Source: Dehalococcoidia bacterium (GTDB lineage Bacteria > Chloroflexota > Dehalococcoidia > Lucifugimonadales > VXLM01). Taken from it: DNA of 64,000 nucleotides. The position numbers and the translations under genes were made by a program. Below the pieces are notes generated by a model. That model saw only the letters and a program-made list of their open reading frames with translations, had not been told where the DNA came from and did not search any database. Shown in pieces: positions 1-8,672 of the stretch. The stretch is taken from NCBI GenBank assembly GCA_009841605.1, contig VXLM01000122.1:11198-75197 (forward strand), read 5' to 3'. Positions within the stretch are counted from its first letter, which is position 1; each line of letters starts with the position of its first letter.

Positions 1-87
1 GTGATCTGGGCCGTAGTGGACACGCTGCTGCCGATCACGCTCGGCATTACCGGCTGTCACCTCTGGTGCGCGACCTCCGAGTCCTGA
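1..87 (+). CDS. 3' end of a hydrophobic, probably membrane, protein (partial)
   Basis: Frame 1 reads VIWAVVDTLLPITLGITGCHLWCATSES then TGA at 85-87. It is truncated by the window edge. Confidence 0.4.
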   Translation: MIWAVVDTLLPITLGITGCHLWCATSES

Positions 88-121
88 GGCAACACACCCG
101 CTAGCGAACGCGATAACCCGG

Positions 122-1630
122 CTATCGCACGAGATCCCGCGCCTCGACGATTGTCCTGAGCTTGGCCTCGGCGACCTGAGCCGAGGCCACGGGATTGTCG
201 GCGTACGTCGCGAATCCGCAATCGGGTGTCAGGAACACACGCTCCCGCCCGAACAGATCGACGGCGCGTGAGATTCGCTGCCGGACAACCTCCATCGGCT
301 CCACGTCCGCCGTCTTTGGGTTGACCACACCCACACCGATTCGCCGGTCGCCGGGTAGGGCACTGAGTACCTCCACGTCGCCCGCGCGCGGAGTCGCAAG
401 CTCTAGGAAGAGCGTGCCCACGTCCACCCGCTTCAGCACGTCGACGAGCGGCCCATATCCCCCGGTGAGCGCGGCAGACTCGTCCGGCGTCCAGTTCCCC
501 CTGCACACGTGAAGCCCGAGCCGCTCCTGGGGAAGGCCCCGCACGACCTCGTTCAGGAGACCTGCGGCGAAATCGAGTTCCGGGCCCGGTTCCAGTCTCT
601 CACTCAACGCCCCGCACATGAAGGTGCGTTCCGTGCTCTTCCCGCCTAGTACGACCTCCGTGAGCACCGGTTCATCGAACTGCACCAGCGTCGCCCCCGA
701 TGCCAAGAGGAAGTGCGTCTCCTCTCTCAGCACCCGGACGACATCACCCGCAAGCTCATCACGAGTCTCGTACGGACGCTCGGTCAGGCAGTCGAGCCAC
801 ATCGTACGGGTGAGCAGGTAAGGCCCCGGCAGGGCGACCTTCGCAGGTCGCTCGGAGTAGGTTCGTGCAAATTTAAACTCGTGGACGGCCAGAGAGCGAC
901 TTCGTCCGAGCTTGCCGTACACTACAGGATGCCGCACCTCGCCTGCGGGCACGTCGAGGGCCCGAAGTTCCCTACGGAACTTCTCAGCGTCATCAACCAT
1001 AGCGGTCAGATCGCTGAGCGGGATGAGCTGGCAGTTGTCCAGCAGTCTACCTACGAAACTGGCGTAGTTGTCCCTTCGCTGTTCCCCATCTGTGAGAACG
1101 TCCACGCCCGCTCGGATCTGGGCGTCGATAGAAAGCTGGACAGCGTCATCCGCCGTCGCTCGAAACTCCTCGTCACTCAGCCTTCCTTCGAGCCGGTCGT
1201 GTATCGCCCGAAGCATCCATCCCGGTCTCGGCCAGCTTCCTATGCCCATCACCGATAGCGGCGCTATCTCCGCCGCCTGCGAGGGCTTGGGAAGCGAATC
1301 GGGCACCGACACCTCCACCCGAAGCTGCTGTGAGAGGGCAGGGGAATCTGCTCGACTGCCAATCCTTTCGGTGAAGGCGCCCTTGCACACGAGGAAACTT
1401 CGCCTGCCGCCGCTCTTCGTCCAAGAGACCAGCTCGTTGCCGGTCAACCGACACCACGCGGGCAGCTCGATCTCCACGGTCGAGTCGGTGGAGAGTATCT
1501 CCAGCAGTCCGCCCGGCTCCAGTGGATCGATGTGCCTGCGAATCAGGAGAAGCAGCCCGCCGCCGCAATCAAGGTCGCCCCCGTCAAAGCTGGCGTCGGG
1601 TTCGTGGGTGTGCTGGTCGACGAGGTCCAT
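122..1630 (-). CDS. Fusion of an N-terminal TusA-like sulfur-carrier domain and a cobalamin-independent methionine synthase II (MetE C-terminal barrel) family enzyme
   Basis: The N-terminus FDGGDLDCGGGLLLLIRR...PAWCRLTGN is TusA-like. The C-terminal part has GIGSWPRP, TDGEQRR, VQFDEP and the Zn-ligand motifs HVCRGN, FLE and PDCGF. Confidence 0.85.
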   Translation of the reverse strand: MDLVDQHTHEPDASFDGGDLDCGGGLLLLIRRHIDPLEPGGLLEILSTDSTVEIELPAWCRLTGNELVSWTKSGGRRSFLVCKGAFTERIGSRADSPALSQQLRVEVSVPDSLPKPSQAAEIAPLSVMGIGSWPRPGWMLRAIHDRLEGRLSDEEFRATADDAVQLSIDAQIRAGVDVLTDGEQRRDNYASFVGRLLDNCQLIPLSDLTAMVDDAEKFRRELRALDVPAGEVRHPVVYGKLGRSRSLAVHEFKFARTYSERPAKVALPGPYLLTRTMWLDCLTERPYETRDELAGDVVRVLREETHFLLASGATLVQFDEPVLTEVVLGGKSTERTFMCGALSERLEPGPELDFAAGLLNEVVRGLPQERLGLHVCRGNWTPDESAALTGGYGPLVDVLKRVDVGTLFLELATPRAGDVEVLSALPGDRRIGVGVVNPKTADVEPMEVVRQRISRAVDLFGRERVFLTPDCGFATYADNPVASAQVAEAKLRTIVEARDLVR

Positions 1631-1714
1631 CGAATACGTATCGCTCAGGCCGTTGTCGACGGACGCCTAGACCCGTTTCCATTTGGATAGGACGGCCGGG
1701 CCGAAGGGGGAGTA

Positions 1715-1753
1715 TCCCCTCTCCCGTTGTGGGAGAGGGTTAGGGTGAGGGTG
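1715..1753. repeat. REP-like intergenic repeat (hairpin/G-quadruplex motif), copy 1
   Basis: TCCCCTCTCCCGTTGTGGGAGAGGGTTAGGGTGAGGGTG, with a near-identical copy at 4430-4468. Confidence 0.85.
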
Positions 1754-1792
1754 TTCTTTGAGTGGTAGACCAAAATATTATGGAACCGATGA

Positions 1793-2155
1793 TTAATACG
1801 TGACACTGGGAGTCCCGTCGGAGAGAAACTCCACCAGCTTCGCGCCTCCCACCATCACGGCCCCGTCGACGAGGTTGTTCTCATCAAGTCCCCGTTTCTT
1901 GAAGCAGGGCGCGCACACGTAGATCGTCCCTCCCCCTTCGGCAAAGACGTCCATCAGCTCCTTGAGTGGCATGAACCCCTCCTCGTGGACGTCGTCGACG
2001 TAGCCCTTCTGCGACACGCGGACGCCCTCGGTGCTCAGGAACACCATCGTCTCCTTCTCCGACCCGAGCGCGGCGTTGGCGACTACGAAGGCCACCGTCG
2101 CCTTGTCGGTATTGTCTTTGGCGCAGGTGAGACTGACGCAAAACTTTCCGGCCAT
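1793..2155 (-). CDS. DsrE/DsrF-like family protein
   Basis: 120 aa with the pattern KATVAFVVANAA...VFLSTEGV...IYVCAPCFKKRGL typical of the DsrE family. Confidence 0.85.
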   Translation of the reverse strand: MAGKFCVSLTCAKDNTDKATVAFVVANAALGSEKETMVFLSTEGVRVSQKGYVDDVHEEGFMPLKELMDVFAEGGGTIYVCAPCFKKRGLDENNLVDGAVMVGGAKLVEFLSDGTPSVTY

Positions 2156-2180
2156 GCTTAATTCCTCTCCGATTCGTCGT

Positions 2181-2411
2181 TTAGTTGCTTGTCTGTTCGA
2201 TCCAATAGTCCGGGTGCTCGGCGCGGACCAACCGCCGTCCGGTCAGTCTGCACCACGCGGGCAAGTCCTCCGGCGCTCCCAGGTCGCGAGTCGTTAGCTT
2301 GAGTACGTCCCCGGCGGCGAAATCACGCATCCGCGTTCTCAGCAGGATGAGTATCTCCCCGCAACCCATGTCGCCCGCATCCCACTCGTCGACGACGTTG
2401 AGGTCATCCAT
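2181..2411 (-). CDS. TusA family sulfur carrier protein
   Basis: 76 aa: WDAGDMGCGEILILLR...GDVLKLTTRDLGAPEDLPAWCRLTG, a TusA/SirA fold with a variant Cys motif. Confidence 0.85.
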   Translation of the reverse strand: MDDLNVVDEWDAGDMGCGEILILLRTRMRDFAAGDVLKLTTRDLGAPEDLPAWCRLTGRRLVRAEHPDYWIEQTSN

Positions 2412-2537
2412 CTGACGGAAGCCCGGAGTTACCCGACGCTGGGTAGGGTGATGATTTCATGCCTTTGCCGATGGAATTGGGTTCAGACTTCCCGCTCCGG
2501 AATGCTGGTGCCGAAGACGGCCCGAACAACGTGGAAC

Positions 2538-2567
2538 ATACTATTTCGGCCCTCCGATATCCGTCAA
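2538..2567 (-). promoter_or_regulatory. Putative sigma70 promoter for the tusA-dsrE-metE-like cluster
   Basis: On the minus strand, TTGACG-18 nt-TAGTAT lies about 125 nt upstream of the tusA ATG. Confidence 0.45.
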
Positions 2568-2660
2568 GCGCCGCCGCAAGCTTTCGTTTGCTTTATCATA
2601 GCGGTCTCTCCATGTAAGAGACTCTCGCTCAACAGTCATAATGTTGGAAGGACTTGCGGC

Positions 2661-3398
2661 ATGTACGACGTGACATCGACCCACCTCGACCTCGAACGCA
2701 GCAGCGTTGACACCGCCGCCCTGCCCGTCGGCGCCATCGAGCAGCACGGTCCGCACCTGCCGCTATCCGTCGACTGGTTTCAGGGCGAGATCGTGGCGAG
2801 GCAGGTGGCTGAGCGCCTCGACGCCTTCCTCCTCCCCGGCATTCCCTACGGCTGTTCGCAGGCCCACACGGGTTTCCGAGGCACGATATCTCTTGCCCCC
2901 GAAACGCTAGGAGCGGTCGTGACCGACATCGCAGAGAGTCTGCTGGAGGAGGGGTTCCGTCGCATCGCTGTGCTCAACTTCCACGGCGGCAACCTGATTC
3001 TGAAACTCGCCGTGCGCGACCTGAACCTCAGCCAGTCCATTGGCAAGGTCGTCCTCGTGAGCCCCGGTCAGGACGCAGGCGCAAAGCTGGACGACATACT
3101 GGACGGCTACCCTGACGAGCAGCACGCCGGTGAACTGGAGACCTCTGTCATGCTGCACCTAGCTCCCGGACAGGTGGGCGATTCTCGCGTCAACCACGTT
3201 CCCGACGTCGGCCCCGTGTACTTCGACTACCTGCCCATGAAGGAGTTCTGTCCCGACGGCGTATGGGGCCGCTCCAGCCTCGCCACGGCCGAGAAAGGAA
3301 GGCTGGTGATCGAGGGCATGGTGGACTACACCGTCGACTACCTCCAAGACACCTTCACGAGTCTTGGCGTGCCTGCCCAGAATTCCTCAGAGGATTGA
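2661..3398 (+). CDS. Creatininase family amidohydrolase
   Basis: Motifs LPVGAIEQHGPHLPLSVD, NFHGGN and HAGELETS. The likely start is ATG 2661. Confidence 0.9.
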   Translation: MYDVTSTHLDLERSSVDTAALPVGAIEQHGPHLPLSVDWFQGEIVARQVAERLDAFLLPGIPYGCSQAHTGFRGTISLAPETLGAVVTDIAESLLEEGFRRIAVLNFHGGNLILKLAVRDLNLSQSIGKVVLVSPGQDAGAKLDDILDGYPDEQHAGELETSVMLHLAPGQVGDSRVNHVPDVGPVYFDYLPMKEFCPDGVWGRSSLATAEKGRLVIEGMVDYTVDYLQDTFTSLGVPAQNSSED

Positions 3399-3403
3399 GC
3401 TAC

Positions 3404-4405
3404 ATGAAAATACTGGAAAGAGTGCTCATCGCGGGCGGGTCTGAGCCGCACTCGAGGGCGTTGGCGGGTGTCCAACAGCTAGAGAACGGTGACCTCCTGG
3501 TCGGCTACCGTCTCGCCAGCCGTCACGTCGTGGGCGACCACGACATGATCGACGATGGAGCCGTCGTGACAACGCGCTCCTCGGACAGCGGACGCACGTG
3601 GTCTGAGCCGCACCCTGTCGCTGCCCTGCCGGGCTGGGACTGCAGCGGCGGCAATCGCATGGTACAAACGCCCGACGGCGACCTCGTCATGTTCGTGATG
3701 AAGGCCCGTCGTGTCGGCTCGCCGGAGTCCCACGTCCACCCTATATGCTCCACCGACGGAGGCCTGACATGGGGCCCCATGGGTGAAGAGCTCGCCCTCT
3801 TCGACGCCTCCACCGAGCCTCACGCCATGGACCACGCCCTGATCACGAGTGACGGCGACTGGATGCTCCCCATCTACGGCGCGGACGAACCGGGTGGCAG
3901 CACCCACGCCGCCGTTGCGTTCTCATCCGACATGGGCAGGACGTGGGGACACAAGACGGTCGTGGCCCGTTCCTCCAAGATCATCTTCTACGAGCCCGCC
4001 GTGATAAGGCTGCCTGATGGCCGGTTCATGGCCGTGATCCGCACGCAGGAACCTCCCTTCGACAGCTACCTATCCTACTCCTCCGACGAGGGCCGCACGT
4101 GGACGGAGCCCCGTCCGCAGCCGTTTCAGGGTCAGACCCCGTTCCTCTTCCAACTCCGCTCCGGAGCCGTAGCCTGCTTCTATCGCGACCGCGACCCGAA
4201 GCGACCCGGTGTGAGCGTAAGCATGACTGCTGACGGCGGCGAAACGTGGAAGTATGCCGCGCAGGTCTATCAGGGAACCGACTGGAATTGCGGCTATCCC
4301 TCGGTGGTCCGACTCCCGGACGGGCGCCTCTTCTGCGTCTACTACTCCTGCTACGAGGCCTTCAACTCCGAGGTCCACGGTGTCTACCTCAGCGAGGATG
4401 AGTAA
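3404..4405 (+). CDS. Sialidase-like BNR/Asp-box beta-propeller protein
   Basis: Repeated Asp boxes SSDSGRTW, STDGGLTW, SSDMGRTW, SSDEGRTW, TADGGETW, and a C-terminal GYPS motif. Confidence 0.85.
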   Translation: MKILERVLIAGGSEPHSRALAGVQQLENGDLLVGYRLASRHVVGDHDMIDDGAVVTTRSSDSGRTWSEPHPVAALPGWDCSGGNRMVQTPDGDLVMFVMKARRVGSPESHVHPICSTDGGLTWGPMGEELALFDASTEPHAMDHALITSDGDWMLPIYGADEPGGSTHAAVAFSSDMGRTWGHKTVVARSSKIIFYEPAVIRLPDGRFMAVIRTQEPPFDSYLSYSSDEGRTWTEPRPQPFQGQTPFLFQLRSGAVACFYRDRDPKRPGVSVSMTADGGETWKYAAQVYQGTDWNCGYPSVVRLPDGRLFCVYYSCYEAFNSEVHGVYLSEDE

Positions 4406-4429
4406 CGGGAGTTGCTGCGACGAAGAAAG

Positions 4430-4468
4430 TCCCCTCTCCCGTCGTGGGAGAGGGCTAGGGTGAGGGTG
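4430..4468. repeat. REP-like intergenic repeat, copy 2
   Basis: TCCCCTCTCCCGTCGTGGGAGAGGGCTAGGGTGAGGGTG, with 2 mismatches to copy 1. Confidence 0.85.
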
Positions 4469-4625
4469 AACACAGCGATCACGTCACTCTACTGTACGTA
4501 ACGAAACTACAGTATTCAGGTAACAGCGGATTGGGCGATAATTGACCGTCCTGTTACAATCACGCCGGTCCTAGATTCGATGATGCACCAAATTTTCTCG
4601 GGCTATTGAGTAGGGGAGACGCATC

Positions 4626-6101
4626 ATGCCACTAATCCCAAAAGTGATGAGCACTCAGCATCCGGACAACGCCACGCCGGCCCCAAATGCCGACAAAAGG
4701 GGAGTGCTGAAAGGCGAAGGCGAGGTCGCCGAGGCCGTCAGCGTTTTCGCCATGGGTTGCGACGAGCAGATGTGGGACTCCGAGGGCAAGGAAGCCGACA
4801 ATCAAGTAGTCCGCAAGCTGCTCACAAACTACCCGGCCTTCTTTCGGCAGGAACGGTTGCTTGGTCGCGACATCGCCCTGACGCTGCGCGTGCCGAATCC
4901 GCGTATCGAGCGCGACATGCGAAAGTCGATGGTCGAGGCACTCCAGAGCGTGCCCTCGGCCTGGGATACGGTGCAAGGCTTCTATGGCGATGCGCAATTC
5001 GCTCCCATCCAGGAGGTCATCCTTCCCATGACGACCTCAGCCGAGGAGATATCCCTGGTTGAGGCCTACTATCGAAAGATCATCGTCGGACAGGAGGACC
5101 GGGACCTGCTCGACGGCCAGTCCGTCAAGGACTGGGTGGGAGAGTTCCTCCCAAAGCGCCTTCGGGTGATTCCCCTCATCGAGGACATGGAGCATATTCT
5201 CCACAGCGACCGCATCGTGGAGGAGTACGTTCGGGACAGGGACCTTCCGTACCAGCGGGTGTTTCTCGCTCGGAGCGACCCCGCGCTCAACTATGGCATC
5301 GTAGGTGCCGAACTGATCCTGAAAGTCGGACTCCTGCGTCTGCACAACCTTGAGCAAAAGCTGGGCATCCCCCTCTATCCCATCATCGGTGCCGGGTCGG
5401 TGCCGTTCCGGGGTCACCTGACCCCCGTGAACGTCGAACGCGCCTTCACCGAGTATCCTACCGCTCAGACCTTCACCGTCCAGTCCGCGTTCAAGTACGA
5501 CTACGGTCAGGACACCGTCCGCAACGCCATCTCGCAGATCCACGACCACGAGCGCGGCGAACCCGTACCCGTTGAGCAGGGGCGGGCCGTCGAGATAATT
5601 GAAAAGACAACCGCCGAGTATCAGTCACAGGTGCAGCGTCTGGCCGACACCATCAGGAACGTCTCGTCGCATGTCCCGAAACGCCGAGAACGCAAGATGC
5701 ACGTCGGACTCTTCGGGTATGGCCGCTCCCTCGGCGGCGTCGGCGGCGTGACCCTTCCTCGCGCCATCGGCTTCTCGGCCTCCCTCTACTCCATCGGCGT
5801 GCCGCCCGAGCTTCTTGGACTCGGTGCGCTCGACGATGACGATCTCGCCTTCGTCCGTGAAGTGTATCCCAGCTTGGACGGCGATCTGCGGGCGGCCCTG
5901 CAGTTCGCCAACGAGCGACACGTCAAAGAACTGCTCGGAGATCCCTACATGGACATTCTTGGCCGGTTCACCGACGAGTTGGACCGGGTTCACGAGGGCC
6001 TGACCAGCGCCATCTGGGCCAGCCTCAACCGCGACAGCTCTACCGTCGGGATCGACCACTACATCCAGGAGGCCGCCCACCTCCGTCTCTTCCTCGGCTA
6101 G
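4626..6101 (+). CDS. ppcA: Archaeal-type phosphoenolpyruvate carboxylase
   Basis: 491 aa with IPKVMSTQHPDN, EQMWDSEGKEAD, RVFLARSDPALNYG, PFRG, TVQSAF and GLFGYGR...LPRAIGF. Confidence 0.92.
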   Translation: MPLIPKVMSTQHPDNATPAPNADKRGVLKGEGEVAEAVSVFAMGCDEQMWDSEGKEADNQVVRKLLTNYPAFFRQERLLGRDIALTLRVPNPRIERDMRKSMVEALQSVPSAWDTVQGFYGDAQFAPIQEVILPMTTSAEEISLVEAYYRKIIVGQEDRDLLDGQSVKDWVGEFLPKRLRVIPLIEDMEHILHSDRIVEEYVRDRDLPYQRVFLARSDPALNYGIVGAELILKVGLLRLHNLEQKLGIPLYPIIGAGSVPFRGHLTPVNVERAFTEYPTAQTFTVQSAFKYDYGQDTVRNAISQIHDHERGEPVPVEQGRAVEIIEKTTAEYQSQVQRLADTIRNVSSHVPKRRERKMHVGLFGYGRSLGGVGGVTLPRAIGFSASLYSIGVPPELLGLGALDDDDLAFVREVYPSLDGDLRAALQFANERHVKELLGDPYMDILGRFTDELDRVHEGLTSAIWASLNRDSSTVGIDHYIQEAAHLRLFLG

Positions 6102-6105
6102 ACCC

Positions 6106-6762
6106 TCACTCCTCGCTTCCGTCGAGGTGGCGGGCATCGTTGAACCTGATGATGCTCCACAGATCAAAGTTGGTGCGCGTCCGGCCGTCTTCGTGCCACT
6201 TCTCCACGTCAATGGAGAACTCGAAAATAGCCGTGTTGCGAATCCTGAGAGTCCACAGCCGGTCCGTGCCCAGGAGCCGGTAGATGACATGGGTCAATAT
6301 GCCGCCGTGGGAGAAGACCAGCACCCGGTCATCGTTTTCGTGCTCGGAAATAAGCCTGTCCACGATAGTCCCCGCCCGAACCAGGATTTCATCGTGGGTC
6401 TCGGCCCCTTCTATTGCGTCAAAGTTGCCATTCGCCAGGAAGTCCCTTATTTGCTCGGGGTACCGCTCCTCGATCTCCGCCCAGGTGAGCCCGGAAAATG
6501 TTCCCACGTCGTGCTCCATCAGTTCGTCCCACAACTCGATCGGGTTGTCCCAGTTGGAAGAAGCGATCTGTGCGGTTTCGAGCACCCGGCTCAGCGGACT
6601 GGAGTAGATGTGCGTGGGCGTGTAGTCCTCACGCGCCAGCCGCGACTTCAATCGGTTAGCCTGTAAGCGGCCGGCATCCGATAACGGAAAGTCTGCTCGG
6701 CCCTGCCAACGCCCCTCGGAGTTCGCCGTGCTCTCGGCATGTCGAATTAGTATCAAGTTCAT
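6106..6762 (-). CDS. Histidine phosphatase (phosphoglycerate mutase) family protein
   Basis: LIRHAESTAN, SSPLSR and VFSHGG motifs. The start is reassigned to ATG 6762. Confidence 0.88.
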   Translation of the reverse strand: MNLILIRHAESTANSEGRWQGRADFPLSDAGRLQANRLKSRLAREDYTPTHIYSSPLSRVLETAQIASSNWDNPIELWDELMEHDVGTFSGLTWAEIEERYPEQIRDFLANGNFDAIEGAETHDEILVRAGTIVDRLISEHENDDRVLVFSHGGILTHVIYRLLGTDRLWTLRIRNTAIFEFSIDVEKWHEDGRTRTNFDLWSIIRFNDARHLDGSEE

Positions 6763-6942
6763 AACGCGCACAGGCGCAGAGTTTACCACACGACGATGGC
6801 CGAATTCCGCTGTGTCATTTCGGTCGAGCCGGTCTAGGCCTGGTTCTCCGACGCCAATACCAGTTATGCAGTCCCTAGACCGCAAAGCATTAACGCCATA
6901 CAATATGCCCCGCACATTACACGTGAAGAGGTAACACGACAA

Positions 6943-7680
6943 ATGGAACCGACGAATTCGAGCGCGCTCACGCTCAAGAAGCGCATTCACGCTGGAGAGC
7001 AGTTGCTCGGCGTAAGCGTCCCACCTACCACTCAAAAAGGGCGTCTCGAAGACATCATCGCTTCGGGGCCGTACGACTTCGTCAGCACCGACAGTCAGCA
7101 CACCGCCTTCAATGAGGAGACCATCGTCGCATTCTGCGAGATGGCTGCTGAAATCGGGATCCACGTTCAGTTCCGAATCAAGCACACTCGCCTAACTTAC
7201 TTGATCGGCAACTATCTCGATCTCGGCCCCACCGGCGTCGAGGTCCCACAGGTCGAGACCGAGGAAACGGTCGACGAGGCCGTCGGCAACTTCTACTACA
7301 TCCCCGATGGAGTCCGAAGCTGGGGAGGCCGCACCCGCCTCGGCTTTGCAGAGCGCGGCGGCGATCATGTCGCCTACCGCAAGTGGTGGAACTCCACCGG
7401 AGTCCTCTGGATTCAAATCGAGTCTCTCCACTCCGTTTCCAACGCGCACATCCTCGCCAAGCCCGGCGTCGACTGCCTCTCGTTCGGCCCGATGGACTTG
7501 ACGCTCGATATAGAAATCCACCCGAATCACCCGTTCCGGTCCGTCGACGACTGTGTGAAGCACGTTCTCAAACAGCTCGAAGGCACCGGAACCAAGCTGG
7601 TCCACCGCAACAACACGTCCGACACCCGTCAGAAGTACATCGACATGGGCGTTCCGATCTTGCTTGAACTGGCCCGCTAG
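6943..7680 (+). CDS. HpcH/HpaI aldolase family protein
   Basis: DFVSTDSQH, LDLGPTGVEVPQVE, IQIES and FGPMDL. Confidence 0.85.
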   Translation: MEPTNSSALTLKKRIHAGEQLLGVSVPPTTQKGRLEDIIASGPYDFVSTDSQHTAFNEETIVAFCEMAAEIGIHVQFRIKHTRLTYLIGNYLDLGPTGVEVPQVETEETVDEAVGNFYYIPDGVRSWGGRTRLGFAERGGDHVAYRKWWNSTGVLWIQIESLHSVSNAHILAKPGVDCLSFGPMDLTLDIEIHPNHPFRSVDDCVKHVLKQLEGTGTKLVHRNNTSDTRQKYIDMGVPILLELAR

Positions 7681-7709
7681 AATCACAACAAAAAAGGAAG
7701 CAGCACAAC

Positions 7710-8669
7710 ATGGCACAACTCGGCAGCGGCGAATACACGTATGAGGTCTCCGGCGACAATTGGGGCGAACTGCCCGACGGTTGGATCTATCAGGAGGCAA
7801 CGGCAGTCGCAGTAGACAGCAGCGACAATGTCTACGTATTCAACCGGGGCGGGCACCCGGTCATCGTCTTCGACAGCGACGGGAAATTCCTGCGCTCCTG
7901 GGGCGAGGGTATCTTCGATACGCCACACGGGATCACCATCGGTCCCGACGACTCGGTGTACTGCGTCGACAACGGCGACAGCACAATAAGAAAACTCACG
8001 ACCGATGGGAAGCTGATATTCACACTGGGAGATCCTGGCAATCCGGCTCCTGCCATGAGCGGCAAGCCGTTCAACCGGCCTACGCACGTGGGCGTCAACC
8101 CCCGCAACGGGATTCTCTACGTCGCCGACGGATACTCAAACGCGCATGTTCATACCTATGATCCCGATGGCAATTACCTTGGCACGTGGGGAGAGTCAGG
8201 CACCGACGTGGGACAACTCAACATCGTCCACAACATCGACATTGACAGCGACGGGTACGTCTACATCGGCGACCGGGAAAACCACCGCGTGCAGATCTTC
8301 GATGAGAACGGTAAATACGAGACGCAGTGGGTGAATATGTCTAGGGCCGCAGCCGTGTACATCGACAAACGAGGCGAGAGCGACATCGTCTATGTTGGCG
8401 AGTACTTCGCGGGGATCGCGTCGAACGTGATAGGCACCGATCTCGGCCCTCGCGTGTCGATCTACCAGACCGACGGTACACTCTTGGCGCGAGTCGGACG
8501 AGAGAGCTACGGCGACGAGCCGGGCAGGTTCTACTCGCCGCACGGCATCGCGGTAGACTCAAAGGGAGACATCTATGTTGCCGAGGTGTCGTACAGCGAC
8601 TACGGCAGTAAGATGGAGCCACCTCGCGAGCTGCGGTCGATGCAGAAGCTGGTCAAGACAGGGGCGTAG
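7710..8669 (+). CDS. NHL-repeat beta-propeller (peptidyl-alpha-hydroxyglycine lyase-like) protein
   Basis: Repeats PHGITIGPD, YVADGYSN, YIGDRENHRVQIFD and PHGIAVDSKGDIYVAE. Confidence 0.85.
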   Translation: MAQLGSGEYTYEVSGDNWGELPDGWIYQEATAVAVDSSDNVYVFNRGGHPVIVFDSDGKFLRSWGEGIFDTPHGITIGPDDSVYCVDNGDSTIRKLTTDGKLIFTLGDPGNPAPAMSGKPFNRPTHVGVNPRNGILYVADGYSNAHVHTYDPDGNYLGTWGESGTDVGQLNIVHNIDIDSDGYVYIGDRENHRVQIFDENGKYETQWVNMSRAAAVYIDKRGESDIVYVGEYFAGIASNVIGTDLGPRVSIYQTDGTLLARVGRESYGDEPGRFYSPHGIAVDSKGDIYVAEVSYSDYGSKMEPPRELRSMQKLVKTGA

Positions 8670-8672
8670 ACT

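Noticed and set aside
6763-7185. N-terminal extension of the histidine phosphatase (359-aa ORF call)
   Set aside because: It overlaps the divergent aldolase gene, and the family motif begins at ATG 6762.
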